This document shows positions 27,762 to 41,574 of a DNA stretch of 64,000 nucleotides, in pieces. The position numbers were made by a program, and so were the translations under genes. The notes beneath the pieces are model-generated. The model was not told where the DNA came from. It saw nothing but the letters and a program-made list of their open reading frames with translations, and ran no database searches. Within the stretch, counting starts at the first letter, position 1. Every line of letters begins with the position of its first letter. Source of the DNA: an uncultured Hormoscilla sp. (GTDB lineage Bacteria; Cyanobacteriota; Cyanobacteriia; Cyanobacteriales; Desertifilaceae); NCBI GenBank assembly GCA_963921275.4, contig OZ001293.3:5120001-5184000 (forward strand). The letters run 5' to 3'.

Positions 27762-28889
27762 TCAGGCTGCTAATAGCTGCTGCCCCATTATCCCTTGATA
27801 GTACCGGCGCAACTGCCTAGTCGCGGCATCCCAACCCCAGCGTTCTGCTTCGGATCGGGCATTGCGCCGCAGGGTTTCTCGTTGTTCCCCATTTTCTAGG
27901 AGACGCACTGTGGCGGCGATCGCCCCTTGTGCGTCCGTTGGATCGAATAGATAACTGTTCACCCCATCGGTGACAATATCGATTATCCCACCAGTACCGG
28001 CGGCCACCACGGGACACCCAGCGGCCATTGCTTCTAATAGCACTAATCCTAAGGTTTCCGTGCGGGAGGGAAAGATAAAGGCGTCTGCTGAGGCAAAGGC
28101 TGAGGCCAGTTCCACACCGTGGAGATAACCGACGAAATGAGTGGGCGTATCGGCAAAATGGGCTTCCAGGGCCAGGCGATGGGGGCCATCTCCGACTAAT
28201 GCCAGTCTGGCCTGAGGAATTGCTTCTAAGACTGGTTTGATCCGATCGATTTCTTTTTCCGCACCCAGACGTCCCACATATAGTAGCAAGGGACTTTCGG
28301 GATGTCCTTGGCTGAGGCGCGATCGCATTTCCTTTGATGCCAGTTCCGGATCGAACAATTCTGTATCCACGCCCCGCTGCCATAGGTCTACTCGTTCTAT
28401 CCCGTGCGATCGCAGTTCTGATACCATTGCCATTGAGGTACATAAATTCAGGTCAGCTTGATTATGGGCCCTTTTGAGCATTTCCCATAGCACTGATTCT
28501 AGCATTCCTAAACCATAATGCTGTAAATATTTTGGTAGATGGGTATGGTAGGATGCTACCAGGGGAATATTCAGGGTCTTGGCATAATATATCCCGCCTA
28601 ATCCCAATATTGCTGGGTTGGCTACATGCACGATATCTGGCTGAAACTTCTCCAGGACTTCGCCAATTTCTGGGCGCGGAAACGCCATTTTTAACTCCGG
28701 ATACCAGGGTAGGGGCCTCCAGGATAATCCATGAACTTGGGCCCCTTTGTATTCCGTCAGCCCTCCTTCGGGACAGAATATCAGTACCCGATCACCGTTA
28801 CGTTGTAAGTGGTCTACTGTATGACGCAGGCGCGTCACTATGCCGTCTACTTTGGGCAGAAATGTTTCAGTAAAAAGAGCGATGCGCAT
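27762..28889 (-). CDS. sqdX: Sulfoquinovosyltransferase (SQDG synthase)
   Basis: MRIALFTETFLPKVDGIV GT4 protein immediately downstream of sqdB. Confidence 0.9.
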   Translation of the reverse strand: MRIALFTETFLPKVDGIVTRLRHTVDHLQRNGDRVLIFCPEGGLTEYKGAQVHGLSWRPLPWYPELKMAFPRPEIGEVLEKFQPDIVHVANPAILGLGGIYYAKTLNIPLVASYHTHLPKYLQHYGLGMLESVLWEMLKRAHNQADLNLCTSMAMVSELRSHGIERVDLWQRGVDTELFDPELASKEMRSRLSQGHPESPLLLYVGRLGAEKEIDRIKPVLEAIPQARLALVGDGPHRLALEAHFADTPTHFVGYLHGVELASAFASADAFIFPSRTETLGLVLLEAMAAGCPVVAAGTGGIIDIVTDGVNSYLFDPTDAQGAIAATVRLLENGEQRETLRRNARSEAERWGWDAATRQLRRYYQGIMGQQLLAA

Positions 28890-28958
28890 AATTGGTTATA
28901 GGTCATTTTCGGTTGGTCATTTGTCAGTTAACCAGGACAAATGACCAAATACAAAGGA

Positions 28959-30146
<1,188 letters not shown>

Positions 30147-30510
30147 TTAATGTTGCTTGCCAATCTTCGGTCAATTTAGCAGGTTTGGGTCACCTTTGGC
30201 AAAACTTGCTTTTCCTTTTATAGCATAAATGCCTATAAATTTAGCAGCTTCTCTTTTCTGCAACTGCTTCAGTATGACCGGCGTCCTTTTGGGTCTGCTT
30301 CTACCGGTGACATATTTAATTTATACCAGTGATATATGGATTAACTACCGGCAGTAGCATGATTAAGACTGTCGGTGGGATTATTCCTACTGTCGGGTTT
30401 GGTGGGAACAAAAGGCGGACGATAGCATTTATTCGGTGCGGGCAAATTACCCTGACGATCGCATTGTACTGCTTTCAATAGTTAGATTACATCAGTATAA
30501 TTGACCTTAA

Positions 30511-32590
30511 CGGGACTTAGACAAAATCTAAGCCCACACATCGCGCCCGACTCGCGCAAGTGAGCAGCAAATACATCAACATTGTTACCTAGCCAACCCA
30601 CAAACCGCGCTTGAGACGGCTGTACGAAAGGATCTTGACGCTCCAACAAATGTTTTTAATGGTCCCGCCGCCTATTGTCGCGCTAGACCACCGGTTAACC
30701 AATGCCACAGAATAAAAGTATAAGCACAAAAAACGCTCGTTTTCATGACGCTCAATACTTTTTTTACCTCTAAGTTGGCATTCTCAAAAAAACAACCAGC
30801 CTTTTACCGTTCCGTAAAAAACTTCAACCCAATTACCTTGTGAATAGGTGGTAACTATCCATTCTGCCGTAGCTTTTTCTATGGGAGCATTGGTTATTAA
30901 ATAATCAATTTCCGTTGCCAAGTCAACAGTTTTGGCATTCATTACGATAGCTATTGTTCCTTGACTTGACATCTGTATCACTTGAAGTGATACAAAAAAT
31001 CTCTACTTTTATTGTTGCTACCCAAACTGGACGAGGTTTTGGTAAATCTAGCTGGACTGAAAGCTTCTTCTGGTAATATAGCTGTCAGTTAATCTAATCT
31101 CCGGAACTGATGAGAGGCCCTGTCTTTATTTCAACTTCTACCTTTCTCTTCTTAGGACATCCAATATAAATTAATCCTCTTTTTTCTAATTCTTTTAACA
31201 AAGGACCGTTATTACCATAACCTCCATCTAATCTATCAAGGTTACTTCCGGAGGATAACCTCGAGTTAAACACTTATCAATTAGTTCTAAGGTCGGGTTT
31301 TTTCTTGAATTCTGGATCTTATGCATCCTTCTTATAAAGAACTTGCCGGTAAATATTGGGCAAAATCTAACGGTAAACTTCTTACTCCGCGTTGTTACCA
31401 TTACAAGACCGTTATCAGTTTAGTCGGGGTCGAGCCTATTGTCGCCTCCCGACCCTCCCTTTCGGAACCGTGCATGCGACTGGAGCCGCACACGGCTACT
31501 GGGTAGATAGCCCTTGTCCTGGGTAGAATTACTCAGGATTACTCCCTTTGTTCCTTTCCTCATGCAATGGAACCCCTTATGGTTAGTCTCAGACTAGATA
31601 AATGCCTAACTCCGGAAGGTTCGCGGAGGCTAACAAGAAAACCCTTCATTATCCGCTCTTTACTCACGTTCACCTACTTAGCTAGGCTTCTCGACGTTTT
31701 TACCCGGTTAGGTCTTTAGTCCAACATTATCTACCTTGGATTTCTCCTGGTTTAGAACATTAAGGCTACTTTTTCCCAAAGATTCTATCTATCACCGACC
31801 CACGTCAGCATATCCATAGGAGTTACCCTAGGCATTGGCTTCTTGGGCCATCTCTCCCCTCGTGGCTTACGCCTTACATCTAACTTGTCCAAATGAGGAC
31901 AGCACACGAGAGGTTACTTCGTTCCCTGATATCATTTCATGCGAGGCTTTTAGGTCTCCCCTATACACCGGCAGTCATTTCGGGTACGATATCAGTGAGT
32001 AGCAAGCACTGATACGCGGACTACATGCACATTTTGTACCAAGCGTGTCAGCCTCTTTCGCTTGTTTGGAGTTACGATGCTTACAGGGATTCGCTTGTTC
32101 TAACCATGAACCTCTTTCCTAGCGGCGTCGGTCTCTAGGCTGAGACCTTATCCTTCATTTAAGTCCTCGCTCCACACCACGGCGATGTGGCTCCGCAGCA
32201 CCTTCGACCGGTGTCACCCCCGCACCTGGGGAAGGGGAATTTAACCCCCATGATGACCAGAGTTATCTGGCTAATGGAACCAGACCCGACTTTCACCATT
32301 ACTGGTTTATGCCGGAACGAATCGCACTGCCAACTTCTCCAATATATTGTCGTCCCGGTGCCTACCCCTTTAGTTATTGTTCCGCTTTTTCCATGACCTG
32401 TATCGTCCACTATTAAGCTAAATATATCCCTAGGTTTTGTTTGACGACAGATTGACATTATTTCTAATCGTCTTTCATTCAAATAATCAGCATCCCAAGT
32501 CGGTTATAAAATGATGTAATTTATGCTCGTCAACACCCACAACATACGAGTGATATTTGGGTAACATTTTTTCCTTCACTAACTCCATAT
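30511..32590 (-). mobile_element. IS701 family element, highly degraded, hosting an intron and abutting an IS630
   Basis: CGGGACTT end; IVDDTGH.K.G, QYIGEVGKTDNG, YLITN; paralog at 49362-50830. Confidence 0.8.
31422..32327 (-). mobile_element. ORF-less group II intron, variant D (906 nt)
   Basis: GTGCGATTCG start, domains V and VI; removal restores GEVG-K-TDNG of IS701. Confidence 0.92.
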
Positions 32591-32655
32591 ATAGCGTTTC
32601 TCAAATAGTTATCATGGAGCCAGACAGTATGAATTGAAAAGTGGGGTAGATTATG

Positions 32656-34371
32656 GTGCGATTCGTTTAGTGTAAACATACTTGACACAAGTCAAGTATG
32701 GGGACCACTAGCTAGGTATCATTAGCCTAGACAACTTATGGATGATGGTGGTGAAAGTCCACCCCTCCAGGTGCAGGAGTGAAAGCATAACCCCTACGGT
32801 AGCGATGGCATCAATCCGTAAAGCGGGGTCACTAACCCCAAAGCAGCGTCTGGAACTGGTAGGACAAATAGAAATCTCAGGCAAAGCCAAACCAGCTCGT
32901 AGAGTGTGGATACCAAAGCCAGGGAGGAACGAAAAACGTCCACTAGGAATACCGACAATGTACGACCGCGCAACACAAGGGTTACTAAAAATTGCGTTAG
33001 AACCGGAGTGGGAAGCGTATATGGAAGGTAACTCATACGGGTTCAGACCGGGAAGAGGATGTCACGACGCAATCGAAGCAATATTCATCAGCATTAACAA
33101 AAAACCAAAGTGGGTATTAGATGCCGATATTGCCAAATGCTTCGATAAGATTGACCATAAAGCGCTGATGGAAAAATTGAATACGACATCACCAATCCGT
33201 AAACAAATACGGGCATGGTTAAAAGCCGGGGTGATAGACAGGAAAGAATGGTATGCAACCAATGAGGGGACACCCCAAGGTGGAGTCATATCACCGTTAC
33301 TGGCAAACATAGCTCTACATGGGCTAGAAGAAGTCGTAATGGAAATTGCAAAAACACGAAGCGATAAAAGCAAACTGACAGTAGTCAGATATGCCGACGA
33401 ATTTGTGGTAATGCATGATGATAGGAAAAAGATAGAAGAAGCGCAAGCGGTCATAGCAGAGTGGCTAAAAGGGGTTGGACTAGAACTCAAGCCTGAAAAG
33501 ACGAAGATAGCTCATACGCTACGCGGAGACAAACCAGGATTTGATTTCCTAGGATTCAACGTCAGGCAATATGAGGTAAGTAAAAACAGAAGCGGTAAGC
33601 GCAGAAATGGACAACCCCTAGGCTATAAAACCTTCATAAAACCCAGTAAAAAATCCATAGGTAAGCACAAAGAACGGTTACTAGAAATAGTAACCAGGCA
33701 TAAAGCGGCCTCACAAGCTGCCCTGATAATTAAACTCAACCCGGTAATACGTGGATGGGTCAACTACTTCAGGACTGGAGTAAGCAAGGAAATTTACTCA
33801 GAGATGGATAATTACCTATGGGAAATCCTGTGGAATTGGGCAAAAAGAAGACACCCCAACAAGTCAAGACATTGGATAGCCGAGAAATATTGGTCAGTTG
33901 ACCAGAACAAAAAATGGCAATTCCAAGATGGGACAGAAAAAGGGGAAGTCAAGCTATACCGACACAGAAGTGTAGAGATAGTAAGACACATAAAGGTCAA
34001 AGGAACAGCGAGCCCATACGACGGAAACCTCATATACTGGAGCACAAAGCTAGGTAGGAACCCCGAGTTAAATAACAAAGTAGCAAAGCTGCTCAAAAGG
34101 CAAAAGGGGAAATGCCAACATTGCGGATTAACGTTTAAGGATAGCGATAGTTGGGAACTGGACCACATTAAGCCACTTTCATTAGGTGGTAAGGACTGGT
34201 GGGATAACCTACAACTGTTGCACAAACACTGCCACGATACAAAGACTGCCAGCGATGGCAGTAGCCGTATCCATGACAAGGATGGCATTACTGAGGAGCC
34301 GGATGAGGTGAAAAGCAGATCGTCCGGTTTTGAAGACGAGTCAGGAAGGTGACTCCCTGGCTTAGTTTAAT
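32656..34371 (+). mobile_element. RT-encoding group II intron (chloroplast-like class) with a large internal deletion
   Basis: GTGCGATTCG start, domains V/VI ending GTTTAAT; domain I fused directly to RT0 near 32829. Confidence 0.9.
32742..34352 (+). pseudogene. ltrA: Group II intron RT/maturase/HNH, N-terminally deleted, YADE instead of YADD
   Basis: RT domains, X domain and C-terminal HNH (CQHCG...DHI...LLHKHCH); the first ~29 aa are read from intron RNA sequence. Confidence 0.85.
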
Positions 34372-36310
34372 AAAATTCAGTAGATTTACGGCAAAAAATT
34401 TTGGAGACTTATCAAAATGAAAAAATCACCCAGAAAGACCTAGCCAGGGTTTCTCTGGGCTTTATAATTAAACTATTCCGGCAATATCGAGAAACAGGAG
34501 ACATAGCTCCAAAACCTTTTAGGTGAGGTGTCAAACTGAAATTGAATCCCGAGCAACTGGTAATTTTAGCAGAATTGATAGAAAAAAAAAGATGCTACTT
34601 TAGAAGAACTGTGCGAATTACTGAAAGAAAAAACGGGAGTGTTGATTAGTAGATATACAATGGGAAGGATGACAAAAAAGCTAAATTTTACATGGAAGCA
34701 AAAAACTTTGCACCCTAATGAAAAAGAGAGCGACAGAGTGCTTTCTTTGAGAGTATAGTTCTGGGAAAAAATGCGCTCTATCCCAGTCAAGGACTTGGTT
34801 TTCATTGATGAGTATGGAGTGAATTTAGGTTTTGTCAGATTTTTGGCTCGGGCATTGTGCGGTCAAAGAGCTCGGGGAAATCGTCCTCATAAACGAGGTA
34901 AAAATGTCTCAATGGGGCTATTGCTAAAAAAATAATTGTCGCATCTACTAAGATTTTAGGAGCAGCCGATGGTTTAGTTTTTGAAGCTTTTATTATCAAT
35001 AAGCTAGTTCCTAAAGCCAAGTGCTCATGTAGTGCTAGATAATAGTAGCACTCATAAAGGAAAAGAGATTGAAAAAGCAATTGAAGAAGCCGGATCATCA
35101 TTAGTATTTTTACCTCCTTATTCTCCTGAATTTAATCCAATAGAAAAATTTTTGTTCTTCGTAAAATTAATTATTCGTTCCCTCAAACCGAGAACTTATC
35201 TTGAGTTACAATCAGCTATAAAAAAAACTTTTGATCTCGTCTCGCTAAAAGATATTGAGAACTGGTTTGTACATTGCTGTTATGGTACTACAGTAATTTG
35301 AGAAACGCTATATCATCTTCTAGAGTTATTAACTGTATCCTCTTTCCCCATATGGGTGGTTTCCCACGTCTGAGCTTGGTTGGTGTCTTTAGTTTTTCGC
35401 CACCTTTGAGCGGTTGTGTAAGGCATGATCTCGTTGGACGACAAGGAAAAATAACGTCAGACAGCTGCGCTCATTCGGGAAAGCTCCTATTTCATCAGAC
35501 TTCCTGGGAAACTCTTCTTTCCAAGCGTTCGAGTAAGTTAGAGGTTCTCATCCTACAATGTAACTCAGGCTACGGTGGCATAAGCTATATCAGTCAACTA
35601 ATGGGTTGCCATGCCCACACCATTCCCCTTGGGCTTAAAGAGTTGTCCGATGACCAAGCGATGAGCACTAGGGGCATTCGTCGCCCTGGGGGTGGAGGCA
35701 AAAAAGCATTGGAGCAGATAGAGAGATTATATGAGGCATTCCTTCGAGTTGTTGAGGCTCATACAGCGGGTTCGCCAATGGATGAATCGCTCAAATGGAC
35801 GCATCTGACTCGTCAGCAAATTGCCGACTTACTCGCCCAAGAAGAAGAGATTAACGTGAGTGTGACCGTGGTAGATAAATTGTTGAAACAGCATAATTTT
35901 CGTCGCCGTAAGGCATTCAAGACCAAGGCCACTGGAGACCACCCGGAGCGCAAGGAGCAATTTGAGAAGATTGCTGCCTTGGTGGAAGACTATCAAGGCG
36001 CAGGCAATCCGGTTATGAGTGTGGATACAAAAAAAAAAGAGTTAATCGGTAAGTTGTTTCGCGATGGCCATGCTTATACCCAGAAACCGATCGAGGTGTA
36101 TGACTACGACTGGCCATCTTTAGCAACGGGTGTGGTGATTCCCCACGGTCTCTATGACATGACTCATAATATTGGGTATGTGCGGCACGTCTCGATATAC
36201 AAGTGAATTTGCCTGCGATTCCATTCATTATTGGTGGCTCACCTACGGATGCGTACTTTATCCATTGGCTACCTCCATCTTGCTTTTGTGTGATGGTGGT
36301 GGTAGTAATA

Positions 36311-36466
36311 ACTCAAGTTGCGACCTACAGAACCTCAACCCCAAAATTAGGTCGGCAAAATTAGCTAAAATTACCTTGTGATTTACCCAAAAAAGGCATA
36401 GTTTTGAATTTTTTTAGCAAAAATGTTGTCTCAGATGTCAAAATTTTTATAGGTAGCAACTTAGGT
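36311..36466. mobile_element. MITE with IS982-type ends
   Basis: ACTCAAGTTGCGACCT...AGGTAGCAACTTAGGT, matching the ends of 37870-38881. Confidence 0.8.
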
Positions 36467-36596
36467 TAATATAGGAAATTAAGAAGTAAAAATGGAAAAT
36501 AGAAAGTAGGGTATGCCGTGCCCACTGTCATCCGCTACAAAATAACTCGAAAGTAGGGCAAGAGCCACTGCAAAAATAGTAGAAGGAGGTGGAAAA

Positions 36597-37869
36597 ATGG
36601 CAACGATCGCAGGCACGCCGGGGAACGATTTCCTATTGGGAACCCTAGAGTCGGATATCATTCTGGCAGCACAAGGGAATGACAATATAGATGGGAGTTT
36701 GAGTAACGATACCATCTTCGGCGGCAAAGATAATGACTTTGTGCGCGGTGGGGAAGGCTTTGATGAGCTTTATGGAGACCTGGGCGATGACACTGTCTTG
36801 GGAGAGAATGGGTTAGACCTGATCTATGGTGGAGAGGGTAACGACTTCCTGGAAGGAAATGAGCAAAACGATGTTCTGTTTGGGAACCAAGGCAATGATA
36901 CGATCTCGGCTGGAGAAAGTAATGACCGGGTGCGTGCAGGCAAAAACAACGACCTGGTGCTTGGCGGTACTGGTAGAGATACTCTCTTCGGCGACCTGGG
37001 AGACGATATCATCCACGGCGGTAAAGACAATGACAGCATTAGAGGTGGCAAAGGGGATGACCAGTTGTGTGGCGACCTCGGTGATGATTCCATACTGGGG
37101 GATCTGGGTGACGATACCGTCTCTGGTGGGGATGGAGATGACTCGATCGGAGGAGGTAGCGACAGCACCAGAGAAGATGGTAACGATCGGCTGTTTGGCG
37201 AAGCGGGGGATGATACCATCTTTGGTCAGGCCGGAGATGACATCCTCTCCGGCGGTGATGACAATGACCTGTTGCTGGGAGGCAATGGCAGGGACGAAGT
37301 TTCTGGGGATGCCGGTAATGACACGCTCTTTGGTGGTAGCGGCGTAGATACTTTCACAGGAGGTGCTGGCTCTGACAGCTTCACAGTCACCGCAACATCT
37401 GAGGCGGATGTTGTGCTTGACTTCCAAGATGGTCAGGATTTAATTGGTCTAGCAGAGGGACTCGCCTTTGCGGATCTGGAGATTACTCAGGGTACAGGAG
37501 CAAATGCCAATGACGTAATTATTGAAGACACCCTCCAAGGCAATGTTTTATTAGTGATCGAGAATGTCAATTTTGACTCGATAGACGATACAGATTTCAT
37601 AGATGTTGCACTCCCCGAAGAACCGATACCACCAACACCAACACCAACACCAACACCAACACCGACCCCAACACCAACAGGTAATGGTCCCAGCATCGTC
37701 GGCGCAGAGGTACTGGTTGCCAATAGTTCAACGCCGATCGGGAATTTAGCCCAACTGACAGGGACTGGCGCTTCCAGTTTTACGATTAACAATGCTACTG
37801 GTAACACTGGTCAAGAGGTATCGGCAGCTTTTGAGATTCAGGGTAGTAACCTCAGACTGGTAAATAGTA
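36597..37869 (+). pseudogene. RTX/hemolysin-type calcium-binding repeat protein, truncated by IS982
   Basis: Many GGxGxDxL nonapeptides, PT linker; ORF runs into the IS end. Confidence 0.85.
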
Positions 37870-38881
37870 ACTCAAGTTGCGACCTATAAAAATTGGATAC
37901 AAAAAGCTATGATAAAGAGAATTATTTTCAACTCTAATCCCTTAGATGTAACAGCATGAATTGACTTGGGAAACAAATTGGTGATTCGACTAAAACAGGT
38001 TTCAACTTGTTTTCTTGTTACTTTTTGTATATATTCAAAACAAGAATATTCTTTTCTTTTTGAGTTCTTTTTTCGCAAAGGTTTTAACATTATACTTGAC
38101 GACTCTTTTAGTAAATTCTCTAATTGATAATCATTATAAGCTTTATCTCCATAAACTATTGAATTTGATGGTAAGTCAAAGCCAAAAGATTGCAAAACTT
38201 TAACATCATTATAACTACCAGGATCTAGATAAAATTCTATTGGCTTTCCATTTTTGTTTACCAACATATGAACTCTTAATCCATAAAAATAACGTTTTTT
38301 ACTGGCAATATACCCTCGATATTCTTCCTTGTTATAAATTTGGCATCTATCAATCCTAATATTATCACATACTGGCACCGGGAAACTATCAAGAATATAT
38401 TCTTGACCCGGATTGAGCTCTTTAAATGTTTGAGCTATAACTTGGAAGAAAAACATCCAAATTGGTTCCTCAATATTGTGTAATCGACGATTGAACCTAC
38501 TTTTACTTAACAGATTTTTTATATACTTGTGTTGGACCATAAATTGACAAGAGCGATCGTGGTGTCCTCCGAAAAAATATGCAGCAACTAATCCGACTGT
38601 CATCACTTCGGCATTGTTCATTTTTACTTGTGGATCTTCTTTTATATTTAACGCTTTTAGTAGCTCGTCACAAAGAACAAAAATTGTTGTAATCATATCT
38701 TCCATCATCTACATCCCCCAGCAATTAACTATTATTTTAGTACATTATAACCTATAAACAGCCAACCCGCCGTCTAGCACAAAAAAAATATAATTTTGTA
38801 TCAAAAGCTACGAAATATCCCAAATATCTGTAAAGTCTAAGTGGGTAATTCATATTTTTTTTAATAGGTCGCAACTTAGGT
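37870..38881 (-). mobile_element. IS982 family element with apparently intact transposase (37884-38708)
   Basis: 274-aa ORF with LDSFP, YFYGLRVH, YGDKAY, RKQVET; terminal IRs. Confidence 0.92.
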
Positions 38882-39386
38882 TAATAGTTCTCGAGCCTAC
38901 CTGTTCAAGGAATGTCTTCAAGCCCTCAGCAATAAGTTGGGCATTGAGATTCGCATTGCCCATTATCCCCCCTATACCTCCAAGTACAATCCCATTGAGC
39001 ATCGGTTGTTTCCCCATGTCGTGAAGGTGTGATTTTTGAAAGGGTGGAAACAGCCAAAGACTTGATGGCTACAGCTACAACCAAAAGGGGACTACAGGTG
39101 TTTACCAAGGTGATTCCCAGAGTTTACCAAACAGGTAAGAAAGTGGCAGTAAGCAAAATATGAAAGTCGTGAACGTGTCATTTTTGAAAGGGTGGAAACA
39201 GCCAAAGACTTGATGGCTACAGCTACAACCAAAAGGGGACTACAGGTGTTTACCAAGGTGATTCCCAGAGTTTACCAAACAGGTAAGAAAGTGGCAGTAA
39301 GCAAAATATGAAAATTGTCTTCCATGAGGTTCTGCCTCAATGGAACTACACCGCGAAGCCACAGCCAGGTTAACTTTGATAAGTTA

Positions 39387-39774
39387 TTAAATCCTCATTC
39401 CTAAATGAGCTTCGGCTTCTCCATCAATACGCCGTAACTGAGATGAGGGTTGGGGACGGGGGGTTATCGCTTTTTCTAAACCCTCTTCTACAAAGCTTTG
39501 TCTTACTCTTTCAATGGTTCTAGTACTAATGTTCAAAGCTTGGCTAATTTCACTATCTGTCCACCCTCCATCGATTTGATTAATATCGGCTTTGAGTAAG
39601 ATGCGAGCATGATTAATTTTCCTCGCCGCAGCTTTTCCTGTTGTGGTTAGCTTTTCTAGACTTTGGCGTTCTTCTTCCGTTAGGGAGACTATATATCGTT
39701 TGGCTGGCATGGTTTCTCTCTCTTTGTTCTCTTTCCTTCTCTTATCCGTCATCATTGCCTTGACATACCACTAG
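39387..39774 (-). pseudogene. IS630 family OrfA (HTH) fragment
   Basis: YIVSLTEEER...ARILLKAD...WTDSEI; end CTAGTGGTATGTCAAG. Confidence 0.8.
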
Positions 39775-40109
39775 TGTAGCTAGAGCATCGGTCCAGTACA
39801 ACTTCTTTATGGCTGCGCCACGCTACGCGATGGGTAAAATCATGAGGGGGAGAGGGAGGACATGGGGGGGGAGGCGAGAAGATGTTGATTTTTCGTTGAT
39901 TCACAGATGTTTTAATTTGTCAAGTATTATTAATGGACCGACGCTCTAGGTGTTAATCAATGACCAGCATGCCGCAGGCGCTCCCGATGTCACTTGAGAC
40001 AGGTGATTTAATATGGTATCACCTGCGTCAAGTGACATCAGCGGGACATCTCCACCTGATGCAAAAACACTGGTAACCGATCGCCGATCACTAATCACTG
40101 ACACTAGCG

Positions 40110-41474
40110 ATGGCTCGCACCCCGACTTTATCATTCGATCGCGGCACGTTAATCCTGCATCCACCACCCAGGGGGAAAGCCTGGATAGATTATGCTACCT
40201 GGGATAACAGAATCGAGAAGTTTCGCATTTTGGGCCTTCACTATCGCCCGCTGGTGGAAGCCTTGCAAGCGGAAGGGGCGAATTTTATCGATGAGGCCAG
40301 GGATTTTCATCCAGTGGAACTGGTTCGGGCTGTGGAAATGGAACCTTACCCCCATCAGCAAGAAGCACTGGCAGCTTGGAAGCAGGCCAAGCGTCAAGGG
40401 GTGGTGGTATTACCCACGGCGGCGGGGAAGACTTATCTGGCCCAACTGGCCATGCAAGCGACTCCCCGCACTACCCTGATTGTCGTGCCTACCCTAGATT
40501 TGATGCATCAATGGTATGCTCACCTGAAGGCGGCTTTTCCAGATGCTGAAGTCGGGTTACTGGGCGGCGGTTCCCGAGACAGAACCCCCATTTTAGTGGC
40601 TACTTACGATAGTGCGGCTATTCATGTCGAGGCCCTGGGAGCTAAATATGCCCTGTTAATCTGTGATGAATGTCATCACTTGCCTACAGAGTTTAGCCGC
40701 GCGATCGCTGAATATGCTATTGCTCCCTATCGCCTGGGGTTGACTGCTACTCCCGATCGATCGGATGGACGCGATCGGGATCTGACAAGTCTGTTGGGAA
40801 AAATAGTATATCATAAAACTGTTGAAGACTTGGCTGGCATAGCCCTCGCCTCACATCAGGTGGTGCAGATGAAGGTGAAGTTGTCCAAACAAGAGCGCGA
40901 TCGCTATAATAGGGCTATCGCCCTACGCAACGACTTTCTCCAACAAGCAAACATTTCCCTAGGTAGCATCAAAGGTTGGCAGCTGTTCGTGCAAGCCAGT
41001 TGTCGTTCTGTAGAGGGACGTAGAGCCATGTTAGCGCATCGGGAAGCCAAGGAAATTGCCTTGGGTACTGATGCAAAACTGCGGTTGCTAACGGACTTAC
41101 TCGCCCAGCATTTTACAGAACGTATCCTAATTTTTACTGCTGATAACGCCGCTGTTTATCGCATTTCTCAGGAATTACTCATTCCCGCCATTACCCATCA
41201 CACTCCTGTCAAAGAACGCCACGAAATCTTAACTCGCTTTCGCCAGGGAGAATACAAAACCCTGGTAGCTTCCCATGTTTTGAATGAAGGTGTTAATGTT
41301 CCCGACGCCAGGATCGCCATTATTTTATCGGGTACGGGATCCCAGCGAGAATATATTCAGCGTTTGGGAAGGGTTTTGCGCAAAGGTTCTCACGACAATA
41401 AACAGGCGATTTTATATGAAGTTGTGGCCGAAAACACGGCGGAAGAACGCACCTCCCAGCGCCGACGCGGGTAA
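40110..41474 (+). CDS. Superfamily II (XPB/Ssl2-like) DEAD/DEAH-box helicase
   Basis: LPTAAGKT, DECH, LGLTATP, QRLGRVLR. Confidence 0.9.
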   Translation: MARTPTLSFDRGTLILHPPPRGKAWIDYATWDNRIEKFRILGLHYRPLVEALQAEGANFIDEARDFHPVELVRAVEMEPYPHQQEALAAWKQAKRQGVVVLPTAAGKTYLAQLAMQATPRTTLIVVPTLDLMHQWYAHLKAAFPDAEVGLLGGGSRDRTPILVATYDSAAIHVEALGAKYALLICDECHHLPTEFSRAIAEYAIAPYRLGLTATPDRSDGRDRDLTSLLGKIVYHKTVEDLAGIALASHQVVQMKVKLSKQERDRYNRAIALRNDFLQQANISLGSIKGWQLFVQASCRSVEGRRAMLAHREAKEIALGTDAKLRLLTDLLAQHFTERILIFTADNAAVYRISQELLIPAITHHTPVKERHEILTRFRQGEYKTLVASHVLNEGVNVPDARIAIILSGTGSQREYIQRLGRVLRKGSHDNKQAILYEVVAENTAEERTSQRRRG

Positions 41475-41574
41475 CTGCTCACCGCAATAGAGACAGTTTA
41501 TTGAGAATGTATAGCGAGCCATGATCTATGGTATAAACATTGCTGGAGGGGAAATCGCACCAAACTATTGCAGG

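Larger units (their letters stand above)
32592..35310 (+). mobile_element. IS630 family element, degraded, hosting an RT intron just after its start codon
   Basis: IR TAGCGTTTCTCAAAT with TA duplication; SVDLRQK, LVFIDE, LDNSSTHK, LPPYSPEFNPIE. Confidence 0.88.
35560..39385 (+). mobile_element. ISAzo13 family element, degraded, split by a 2.57-kb insertion
   Basis: SVDTKKKELIG; LLCDGGGSN|SSR...IAHYPPYTSKYNPIEHRLF joins across 36311-38881; internal ~148-bp duplication at 39018-39313. Confidence 0.85.

Noticed and set aside
36813..37807. Antisense and alternative-frame ORFs over the RTX gene (and over ftsH, MFS, sqdX)
   Set aside because: Shadow ORFs of real genes
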